NCBI GenBank assembly: GCA_051003195.1
Contig: JBPCLP010000039.1
Coordinates: 1 to 64,000 of the forward strand
Origin: Candidatus Sumerlaeaceae bacterium
GTDB taxonomy: Bacteria; Sumerlaeota; Sumerlaeia; Sumerlaeales; Sumerlaeaceae
Direction of reading: 5' to 3'
Length of the DNA stretch: 64,000 nt
This document shows positions 56,202-64,000 of the stretch, piece by piece (position 1 is the first letter of the stretch; every line of letters starts with the position of its first letter). The notes under the pieces are model-generated. The model worked only from the letters and a program-made list of their open reading frames with translations, searched no databases and was not told the DNA's origin. Both the position numbers and the translations under genes were made by a program.

Positions 56202-58181
56202 ATGAACAACAAACAGCCCATGATGCCTCCTACCAGGTCCAGCATTGGGCCCCTTGCGGTCTGGGTTATTGTGGTCGCGGGTTTGTATTTTGCCCAGGAT
56301 GTTGTAATACCGCTGGCGCTGGCACTGCTGATCACTTTCATGCTGGCGCCTGTTGTATCGCGCCTTGAGCGCTGGCACTTCGGCCGAGTTCCTTCTGTCG
56401 TTCTGGTGATTCTTACGGCTCTCGCAATTGTGGGCGGCATGGGTTACCTGGTAGCAAACCAGTTCGTGGACCTCGCTGGAAAGCTGCCGTCGTACAAGCA
56501 GACCGTCGTACATAAAATTCAGAAGCTGCGGCCAACACATGATGGAAGATTCGGGAGGGCACGTGAGGCTCTGGAAGATTTCAGCCGCGAAGTGACCAGT
56601 GGCGAGACTACTGCCACCGTCAGCACAACCACCGCCACGGCAGAAGCAACGCAGACTTCGGTTTCCGCAACGGATGATAAAAGTACCGGGAGTGCATTCG
56701 CCAAAGCAACTGTGCAGGCAAATGAGTCTGCCGCCTCGGATCAGAACACGTCTGCCGCCTCGGATCAGAATACGTCTGCCACACGGCCTCAGAAGCCCGA
56801 GCCAATCCCGGTTACAGTGGTCCAAACCTCCTCTAATATGCTGGAAGCCCTGCGAACTGTTCTGGGGCCTGTGTTTTCCTGGTTCGGTACTGCAGCGCTG
56901 GTCCTGCTGTTCGTGCTGTTCATGCTTCTCCAGCGCGATGACCTGCGTGACCGGGTGATCCGGCTTGCAGGGCAGAAGCGTATCCAGGTGACCACTGAAG
57001 CGTTCGACGAAGCCGGTCGCCGCGTAAGCCGCTACCTGCTCATGCAGCTTATCGTCAACGTGACTTATGGCGTTCCGGTGGCCATCGGTCTCTATTGCAT
57101 CGGCCTTCCAAATGCGCTACTGTGGGGTGTGTTCGCAACTATACTGAGGTTTATCCCCTATCTTGGCCCATGGATCGCGGCAACCATCCCCATCCTGCTA
57201 TCCATCGCAGTATTCGATAGCTGGACTCCCACCTTTTTTACGATCGGTCTATATGTTGTGATGGAGTTGATCAGCAACAACTTCCTCGAGCCGCTACTCT
57301 ACGGCCACACCACAGGAGTCTCGCCCGTGGCGATCATCCTGTCCGCGGTCTTCTGGACGTGGTTGTGGGGCGTCGTCGGTCTGTTACTCTCCACGCCAAT
57401 TACCGTATGCCTGATGGTACTGGGACGCCACGTACCACAAATGGCATACCTGAACGTTTTGCTCGGCGACCAGCCGGTTCTTCCACCCGAATCGAAGCTG
57501 TATAACCGACTTCTGGCGGACGATCTCGACGATGCTCTGGAAATTGCCGAGCACCAGTTGCAGAAGCATTCGCTGGTGGAGGTTTACGACAGCATCCTGG
57601 TCCCCGCGCTCGGACTGGCGGAGCACGATCGTCACGAAGGGGCTCTGCCAATCGAAAAGCAGAAGCTCATCTGGAGCGGCATGGCCGAAATGATTGAAGC
57701 GTTTGCAGACCGTTCTGACGCCGATGAGGCGAAAAAAACTTCCGCTGATAATGAGCCCGAAGCGAGCGACGCTACCAAGGCGCGTCTCGACCTTACACGC
57801 GCCAGTTTGCCCTCGCGCAAAATACTCTGTCTTCCGGCCCGTGACCATGCCGACGAGCTGGCCGCCAGCATGCTTGCGCAGATTCTCGTACGCGCGCATC
57901 ATACTGTACGCGTTGTTTCAGTCGAAACTTTTGCCGGCGAAATGGTCGAACAAGTAAAAGAGTTCGAGCCGGATGTGGTCTGCATTTCGGCACTGCCGCC
58001 ACTGGCTACCACGCATGCGCGGTATCTGTGCAAGCGAGTCAAGGCTGAGGTGCCAAACGCCCGCGTGATGGTGGGCCTGTGGAACGCGGAGGGTAACAGC
58101 GTTGAAGCACTCAAACGGCTGGAAGGCTCCGGAGTCGATGTCGTCGTAAAGTCGATCCAGGAGGCGGTGGGTAGGGTCTAA
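56202..58181 (+). CDS. AI-2E (PerM) family transporter with C-terminal B12-binding-like Rossmann domain
   Basis: PLALALLITFML.P, RFIPYLGP, LEPLLYG, WLWGVVG. C-terminal ILCLPARDHADELAASML...PDVVCISALP. Confidence 0.9.
   Translation: MNNKQPMMPPTRSSIGPLAVWVIVVAGLYFAQDVVIPLALALLITFMLAPVVSRLERWHFGRVPSVVLVILTALAIVGGMGYLVANQFVDLAGKLPSYKQTVVHKIQKLRPTHDGRFGRAREALEDFSREVTSGETTATVSTTTATAEATQTSVSATDDKSTGSAFAKATVQANESAASDQNTSAASDQNTSATRPQKPEPIPVTVVQTSSNMLEALRTVLGPVFSWFGTAALVLLFVLFMLLQRDDLRDRVIRLAGQKRIQVTTEAFDEAGRRVSRYLLMQLIVNVTYGVPVAIGLYCIGLPNALLWGVFATILRFIPYLGPWIAATIPILLSIAVFDSWTPTFFTIGLYVVMELISNNFLEPLLYGHTTGVSPVAIILSAVFWTWLWGVVGLLLSTPITVCLMVLGRHVPQMAYLNVLLGDQPVLPPESKLYNRLLADDLDDALEIAEHQLQKHSLVEVYDSILVPALGLAEHDRHEGALPIEKQKLIWSGMAEMIEAFADRSDADEAKKTSADNEPEASDATKARLDLTRASLPSRKILCLPARDHADELAASMLAQILVRAHHTVRVVSVETFAGEMVEQVKEFEPDVVCISALPPLATTHARYLCKRVKAEVPNARVMVGLWNAEGNSVEALKRLEGSGVDVVVKSIQEAVGRV
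56726..56780 (+). repeat. 24-bp in-frame tandem duplication (SAASDQNT x2)
   Basis: GTCTGCCGCCTCGGATCAGAA(C/T)AC twice, plus a partial third unit GTCTGCC. Confidence 0.9.
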
Positions 58182-58187
58182 ACGAGA

Positions 58188-58237
58188 CCTCAATTCGGCA
58201 CACAGAACAGATTACGAACTAACGGTAGACCACACTA
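58188..58237 (+). repeat. Intergenic repeat, copy 4
   Basis: CCTCAATTCGGCACAC...AACGGTAGACCACACTA; the terminal CTA is the stop codon of the minus-strand AKR gene. Confidence 0.8.
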
Positions 58238-59152
58238 CCATGTGTTCGCAACGACAGAGCGGGCATACTGCCGAACTCTTTCGACCTGCTCGGATTGGAG
58301 TGGTCGATTCGCAGCCGCTATATTCTCCTCTACTGCCTCCAGCCGGCGCGACCCCGCTATTACAGACGACACTTCCGGGCGCGCCAGCACATAACCCAAC
58401 GCCAGGTGCACCAGCGGATCCCTTTTATCGCCGGAAGCAAAATGCTCAAATCCCGCTATTGCGCCGCGCAGCTCTGCATTTTGCAGATTCATATACTTGC
58501 GGCTCAGCTTTCCGCCCGCCAGCCCGCGCATGATGATTACCCCCGCGTTCTTTTCACGGGCGAGGTCGAGCAGCCGATCCTCTGCGCTCAGGTTGAGCAG
58601 ATTGTACGGGAACTGCACCGTCTCATAACCGCCGATCTCGAGCGCGCGAACGCACTCGGCGACGCCACCCGTCATCCCCAGGTGTCGCACTTTCCCCGCG
58701 CGTTGCGCTTCCTGCATCGCGGCAAAGGTCTCGCCGCGCTCAAGAATTTCGATCGAGGCGGAATGGATCTGTAAAAGATCGATCGTGTCCGTGCACAGTC
58801 GACGAAGGCTCTCCTCAACGAAACGCAATGTCGCGTCGTATGAGTAATCGTAAACCGAACCGTCAGGATCGCAGTGCTCGCCGACCTTGGTCGCCAGCAC
58901 GTACTCACTACGCCGGTTCGCAAGCGCCTTCCCGATAAACTCTTCCGAGTACCAGTAGGCAGGTGCGGTGTCGATGAAGTTGACCCCGAGATCCAGCAGA
59001 CCGTTCAGCACGCGCGACGCTTCAGCTTGCGTCAGGTGGCGGCTGTTCTCGTTGACGTCGGCCGCCCAGTCGCGACCGATCTCCAGCGCACCAAATCCGA
59101 TCTCCGAAACCTGGATGCCTGTAGCCCCAAGCGGGCGCAGCTTAACACTCAC
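58235..59152 (-). CDS. Aldo/keto reductase
   Basis: VSEIGFG, IDTAPAY, ATKVG, SLRRLCTDTIDLLQIH, QFPYNLL. Confidence 0.92.
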   Translation of the reverse strand: MSVKLRPLGATGIQVSEIGFGALEIGRDWAADVNENSRHLTQAEASRVLNGLLDLGVNFIDTAPAYWYSEEFIGKALANRRSEYVLATKVGEHCDPDGSVYDYSYDATLRFVEESLRRLCTDTIDLLQIHSASIEILERGETFAAMQEAQRAGKVRHLGMTGGVAECVRALEIGGYETVQFPYNLLNLSAEDRLLDLAREKNAGVIIMRGLAGGKLSRKYMNLQNAELRGAIAGFEHFASGDKRDPLVHLALGYVLARPEVSSVIAGSRRLEAVEENIAAANRPLQSEQVERVRQYARSVVANTW

Positions 59153-59177
59153 GAATGTCTCCTGTTACCTGTACTTG

Positions 59178-60833
59178 TCAGTCCAGCCGCGCGATTTGTG
59201 GATACGGGCTGGTATAATCACAACGTTTGGCGAGAAGTTCCGCAAGCGCTGCCGGATCTTCCTTAATCAGGAAATTCATGGGACTAAGCCATCGTTCCTG
59301 CGGTCCCGCGAGAGGCGCCAGCGCCGACATTGCCCGTGCATAGCGATTCCACGATTCACGTGTTACTTGCCTCGCCAGACGCCCGCGCATGCGATTCAGG
59401 GATTGCGAAATGCTCCGCGCGGTTTTTTCGACCGCGACGGCCACATGCGGGTGCGACAGTGCAGGATCCTGGCGCATGGCCGAGAGATTCGCGGCTGTGT
59501 CGGCTTCCAATTTGCGGATCGCGTTGAGCAAACTGCCGGTCTGTGGATCAGTCGACAGAATATGCTCCTGTACCGCCACGGCACCTGAGATTGGCTGCTC
59601 CGGGTCGATACCGAGTTGTTGAAGGGTTTCAATGGTGCAGGGATCGAGGATCGTAACCAGGCTGCGAAGTGCGACTGCTGGACGTGGTACCTCGTGCAGC
59701 CGATAAACCCCGGCAAGTTGCGCCAGGTACCCGACCTCACCGGGTCCGCCGATGTATGCTGCGGTCGGCAATACGATATCCTGAAGTATCGGCCGGGTCA
59801 CCACGTTGGGAGAAAATCGTTCGGGGTATTGGTCGAGCTCCCCGCAGAGCTGCTCCCATGACATGGATTTTATAATCGTATGACGCAGGCTGTCCTGCAC
59901 CAGCACCCGCCCGCCCTCGCTCACAAGCCGCAGTCGGCGCTGATCGTGCAGGTAAAAAGCATTCAAAACATCGGGATCGCGATGCAGTTGCGGCGAATAA
60001 CCGGATGCCGCAATTTCCACTGCCGCCTGTTCCAGCAGCCGCGCGCTTTCATCCCCTGCCTCGAAACTGGCACGCAGCAGCGCGCGCTGGCGATTGCGAA
60101 GGACTCTCAGGCGCGGAACTACAAAGATCACGGGCTGATCCGGACCCAGAAGCTCAACCAGGGTACGGCAAAAAGTCTCTTCGAACCTACAGCTACCCTG
60201 AAGTGCCTGGCTCAGTAATGTTTGCGCTGCACGTTTGCTGCACGCACCCGGCAGCGCCTCCTCAACCCGCTGGCGCAAACGAGGTGCACTCTGCGATAAA
60301 TTCCAGAGGTACGACGGGCTGTCGGCTGGCACATCTCCGCGGCTGCACACGTCACCCAGGTTTGAGAGTGCGCCATCTTCCTGCAGCAGCCAGCAATCGC
60401 GCAGCTCCCGGAAATCGTGGTCGTCCGAAGCGACCCAGAAGACCGGTATGACGGTTCTCCCACTTGACGCCTCAAGCCGCGTGGCATGTGCGCGAGCCGA
60501 CAGCGCCTTGTGCAGGATGAAAAGGGGCGAGGCAAACAGGTTGGGTTGCTGTCCGGTCACAATGGCAAGTGTCTGCGGGTCGGCAAATGCCCCTGCGAAG
60601 CGCGCGCCGGCAGAGTTACCGACTGAGTCATTGAACGCCGCGAGTTCCGCGACCTCCGTCGGGTTCCACGGTTGCCACTGCCATGCATCGCGTGCTCGCA
60701 TTGCCGAGACAAACCCGTCGTCGGCCGGCAGAAAGAATCGCGCGGCCGGACCGTTCTCTTCGATCCAGTCGCGGGCGAACGGAAATGAGGAAAGGGGATT
60801 GACCGGTAGAGTGTTCTGAGCGTCGGGCGCCAT
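59178..60833 (-). CDS. bshC: Bacillithiol biosynthesis cysteine-adding enzyme
   Basis: IVTGQQ, PVFWVASDDHDF, RFSPNVVTRPILQD, YIGGPGEVGY, PQER. Confidence 0.88.
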   Translation of the reverse strand: MAPDAQNTLPVNPLSSFPFARDWIEENGPAARFFLPADDGFVSAMRARDAWQWQPWNPTEVAELAAFNDSVGNSAGARFAGAFADPQTLAIVTGQQPNLFASPLFILHKALSARAHATRLEASSGRTVIPVFWVASDDHDFRELRDCWLLQEDGALSNLGDVCSRGDVPADSPSYLWNLSQSAPRLRQRVEEALPGACSKRAAQTLLSQALQGSCRFEETFCRTLVELLGPDQPVIFVVPRLRVLRNRQRALLRASFEAGDESARLLEQAAVEIAASGYSPQLHRDPDVLNAFYLHDQRRLRLVSEGGRVLVQDSLRHTIIKSMSWEQLCGELDQYPERFSPNVVTRPILQDIVLPTAAYIGGPGEVGYLAQLAGVYRLHEVPRPAVALRSLVTILDPCTIETLQQLGIDPEQPISGAVAVQEHILSTDPQTGSLLNAIRKLEADTAANLSAMRQDPALSHPHVAVAVEKTARSISQSLNRMRGRLARQVTRESWNRYARAMSALAPLAGPQERWLSPMNFLIKEDPAALAELLAKRCDYTSPYPQIARLD

Positions 60834-61034
60834 TTGTCTGGTTGCAGACTCCGCAAGTGCCTACGCCAATATAAAAACGCAACTTCACGCCTGCTGCCGA
60901 ATTTAAGGGAAGTTGCGCCAGCCCCAGGGACTGCATAATTTCGCACTTGCGAGCCCATTGTAAGCCGTTCACAACCCGCGCCTACGTCAATTGTACGTAA
61001 ACGAATGAGCAGGAAGACCAGCGAGATCTAACGT

Positions 61035-62090
61035 ATGCCGTCGATCAATTACGCCTTCAAAGAGATCACCTGCAAAATCGTCTATTATGGCCCCGGAGCA
61101 GGCGGGAAAACTACGAATCTGCACTACGTCCATAGCAATGTGCCAGCAAAGCACCGGGGCGACATGGTATCGCTGGCAACCGAGCAGGATCGCACGCTGT
61201 TTTTCGACTTTCTGCCGCTCGATATCGGCGATGTTAAGGGCTTCAAAACCAAGTTCCAGCTCTACACGGTACCGGGGCAGGTCTATTACAACGCCACTCG
61301 AAAACTGGTGCTGCGCGGCGTAGACGCGATCGTCTTCGTTGCAGACAGCCAGGAGAGCCGTTTCCAGGACAGTGTCGACAGCCTGCATAACCTTGCGGAA
61401 AACCTCCGGGACTACGGGCTCGAACTCGAGACAATGCCGTTTGTCATGCAGTACAACAAGCGCGACCTTCCCGACGCGCTGCCTCTCGACGTACTGCACC
61501 GCGCCTTGAATCCGCAGGCAAAATATGCGGAATACGAAGCAATCGCAACAGACGGCACCGGCTGTCGCGAGTCGCTGCGCGACGTGGCTTCTCAACTGCT
61601 GAAAAAGCTTAATGCGACCGCGAACATCGTAACGGATGAAGAAGTCGTAACAGAACGCCTTGGCGTTGCCGGCTCCGGCCCATCTCTTCCGCGCTCCAGC
61701 GCGTCGGACCGAAACGCGCCGGAGCTGCGCATCAACCAGGATTCGAAGTTCCATTGGCGCGGAATTGGGCTTGGCTCCGGGCAGGCAAAACTTGCCAGCA
61801 GCCGCAACGACCGCGGTGAAATGGAATATGCGCTGTCCACCACCCACAGGATTCTTGGTCTCAAGCGGTCGCTGAAACGTACCATGCGCTACGTGGGCGA
61901 GGACAAGCGCATGGTCGAAAACGTCGAGCGGACCTACATTGTTCTGCGAGACGCTTCCGCCGGAAGAGGCACCGCCCCCGTGGCCGGCTTCGTCGACAAA
62001 TCCGCCGGCACCACACGACTCTACCTTGTGTACCCCGGCGTAATGGGAGAGATGAAGGTCGGTCCGGACGGCGAAATCGTACCGGTATAG
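61035..62090 (+). CDS. mglA: MglA-family small GTPase fused to a C-terminal domain of about 125 aa
   Basis: KIVYYGPGAGGKTTNL, DRTLFFD, YTVPGQ, FVADSQ, QYNKRD; 351 aa versus about 195 aa for canonical MglA. Confidence 0.88.
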   Translation: MPSINYAFKEITCKIVYYGPGAGGKTTNLHYVHSNVPAKHRGDMVSLATEQDRTLFFDFLPLDIGDVKGFKTKFQLYTVPGQVYYNATRKLVLRGVDAIVFVADSQESRFQDSVDSLHNLAENLRDYGLELETMPFVMQYNKRDLPDALPLDVLHRALNPQAKYAEYEAIATDGTGCRESLRDVASQLLKKLNATANIVTDEEVVTERLGVAGSGPSLPRSSASDRNAPELRINQDSKFHWRGIGLGSGQAKLASSRNDRGEMEYALSTTHRILGLKRSLKRTMRYVGEDKRMVENVERTYIVLRDASAGRGTAPVAGFVDKSAGTTRLYLVYPGVMGEMKVGPDGEIVPV

Positions 62091-62132
62091 TCGAACCTCG
62101 ACGCGCGGCATACGCTACCATTTGACCACCGC

Positions 62133-62627
62133 ATGACTTACACACCCATCGTCGCTACGCTGGGATATGTGCTCTCGCCCGATGGCCAGTCCGTTCTGCT
62201 GATCTACCGCAATACGCGTCCCGACGATCTGCACCTGGGGAAGTATAACGGACTAGGCGGAAAGCTGGAACCGCACGAGGACGTTGCCACCGGCATGCGG
62301 CGCGAAATCCACGAGGAAGCCGGAATCGCGGCCGAGAAGCTCGTGCTGCGCGGTACCATCAGCTGGCCGGGGTTTGGCAAGTCGGGTGAGGACTGGCTTG
62401 GCTTTATCTTCCGCATCGACCAGTGGAGCGGAACGCCGCTCGTCTCCAACCCGGAAGGTACGCTCGAGTGGGTGCCGCTCGACAAACTGCTCAAGTGCGA
62501 AGTTCCGCTCTGGGAAGGCGACACCCATTTTCTGCCCCTCGTATTCAGTCCCGAACCCCGTCAGTTCCACGGCGTGATGCCCTACGCCAATGGCAAAATG
62601 CTCGGCTGGAGCTATGTGCTGCTCTGA
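62133..62627 (+). CDS. Nudix hydrolase (8-oxo-dGTP diphosphatase, MutT/MTH1-like)
   Basis: Nudix box GKYNGLGGKLE...RREIHEEAGI; EGTLEW, WEGD. Confidence 0.9.
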   Translation: MTYTPIVATLGYVLSPDGQSVLLIYRNTRPDDLHLGKYNGLGGKLEPHEDVATGMRREIHEEAGIAAEKLVLRGTISWPGFGKSGEDWLGFIFRIDQWSGTPLVSNPEGTLEWVPLDKLLKCEVPLWEGDTHFLPLVFSPEPRQFHGVMPYANGKMLGWSYVLL

Positions 62628-62781
62628 AGCATCCGCGCCGACATATTGGTGTTTTTTTAACGAATGGGGGACTTGGTGGATGCTGCTTTCTGGGCCTGAG
62701 GTTTGGTCGGTCGCCGTAACGCTTGACTTTCCGGCATCACACGGCATGCTGCTACAATCGTCTGTATCCAATGGAGACCGC

Positions 62782-64000
62782 ATGATGTTCGACCTTTTTA
62801 ATCCGGCATTCGCATCCGGCAATATCTCTACACATCCAAACCAAAGCTCAGCCAACAACCTGCGGTTCCGTTCAATACTGCGCACATGTTGCTGTGTAGT
62901 CCTGTGCGCGCCGCTGCTTTGGGGCACTGGCATCGCAACTGCTGCGGGCAGCCTGGTGGCCTATATCGCGGATCAGGATACAACGGCACACCGTGAACTC
63001 TACCGAGTCAGCTCACTGGGCGGCGCAAATACAAAAGTGAACCCGACACTTGCAGACGGTCGCAATGTGGACAGTGTAATTGTGCACCCAAAGGGAACAA
63101 GCATACTCTACACTTCCGACCAGGAAGTCGAGGGCCAGCGGCATCTCTATATCGCGAATCTGAAGACGAACACAGTCGTGCGGCTTACCCCGGATTTCGC
63201 TTCAGAGACCGCACTTTATCGCTGGGAGATCGACACGCGGGGAACCTGCGTGGTTTATTCGATCGTCCATACCGTTCTGGGTAGCGTAAACCTCTTCCGC
63301 GTGGATCTTAAAACGGGCGCGGTGCGTCCACTCAATCCGCCACTGCCCGCTGGTGGAAGTGTCTATTCATTCAAGATCGACCCGAAGGGGCGCTTCGTTG
63401 TTTATGAAGCGGACCAGGAAATAGCAGGAACTACAGACCTGTGGCTGTCGGAGTTTAAAACCGGCACAGTGCGGAAACTGGTTGTGCCACCGGGAATATC
63501 CGGGGGCGGCTTTGAGAAGTTCGATATCGATCCCAAAGGTCGTGTTGTCTTTTTCACTTCTGAGCCGCAGCTTTCGGACCTGGAAGAACTTTATCAACTC
63601 GATTTGAAAACGGGCGCGGTCATCAAGCTGAACGGCACGCTTGTCGGAAATGAGGTGAGCGATTTCGCCATCGATTCCAAGGGCAGCAGTGTCGTTTACA
63701 TGGCCGACCAGGACTCCACGGGAACAACGGAGTTGTATCGTGTCATCCTGAAAACCGGAGTCGTTACGAAGCTGAACGCGCCGCTGGTAGCCGACGGCGA
63801 TGTTCGCAGTTTCGAAATCGATCGAAAAATTTCCATGGTCGTCTATCGCGCCGACCAGGATGTCGATGGCGACGTTGAATTGTATCGCACGGACCTGGCC
63901 ACCGGGTTGGTTACGAAGCTGAACCCTCCCCTGGTGCAGGATGGAGATGTCCGCAGTTTTAAAATCAGTCCCGCTGGCACCACTGTCGTTTATCTCGCAG
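62782..64000 (+). CDS. Secreted beta-propeller repeat protein (TolB/WD40-like), truncated by window end
   Basis: Absent from the ORF track because it has no stop. Manual translation from ATG 62782 (GGAG RBS) stays open to 64000, with about 49-aa repeats VVY.ADQD..G..ELYR..LKTG.V.KLN..L...GDV.SF.IDPKG (7 complete, 8th begun). Confidence 0.85.
   Translation, partial: MMFDLFNPAFASGNISTHPNQSSANNLRFRSILRTCCCVVLCAPLLWGTGIATAAGSLVAYIADQDTTAHRELYRVSSLGGANTKVNPTLADGRNVDSVIVHPKGTSILYTSDQEVEGQRHLYIANLKTNTVVRLTPDFASETALYRWEIDTRGTCVVYSIVHTVLGSVNLFRVDLKTGAVRPLNPPLPAGGSVYSFKIDPKGRFVVYEADQEIAGTTDLWLSEFKTGTVRKLVVPPGISGGGFEKFDIDPKGRVVFFTSEPQLSDLEELYQLDLKTGAVIKLNGTLVGNEVSDFAIDSKGSSVVYMADQDSTGTTELYRVILKTGVVTKLNAPLVADGDVRSFEIDRKISMVVYRADQDVDGDVELYRTDLATGLVTKLNPPLVQDGDVRSFKISPAGTTVVYLA

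Noticed and set aside
60987..62111. 374-aa minus-strand ORF
   Set aside because: Antisense shadow of the mglA fusion.

Overview
Gene-dense (~58% GC) bacterial chromosomal window with about 42 CDS. I found no rRNA, tRNA, CRISPR array or transposase. Contents in order: a hexuronate-catabolism cluster (large secreted GH-A-like hydrolase, uxaC, SDR, kdgK, eda); glgP; an ileS-dksA-lspA operon; two GT-C-like membrane proteins; two PilT-family ATPases; a pilT-kaiC-like-receiver operon; an envelope operon (TPR, PPIase, lytic transglycosylase, large Ig-like protein); several large secreted beta-propeller/DUF11/FN3 proteins; a tail-anchored Ser/Thr kinase; GH172; ldhA; csp; an AI-2E transporter; bshC; an MglA fusion; and a Nudix hydrolase. 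Gene content and protein style suggest a poorly studied diderm lineage such as Sumerlaeota/BRC1 (inference only). The best candidate for an undescribed system is the pilT-kaiC-receiver operon. Its KaiC-like protein ends in what looks like a His-less HisKA (DHp) hairpin, directly upstream of a stand-alone CheY-like receiver, with a second PilT paralog carrying a TPP-repeat tail nearby and an MglA fusion in the same window. A second clear signal is a short repeat family (TAGTGTG...CACACTA ends) found at four convergent gene junctions, which supplies TAG stop codons. All assignments rest on motif recognition by eye; no searches were run.
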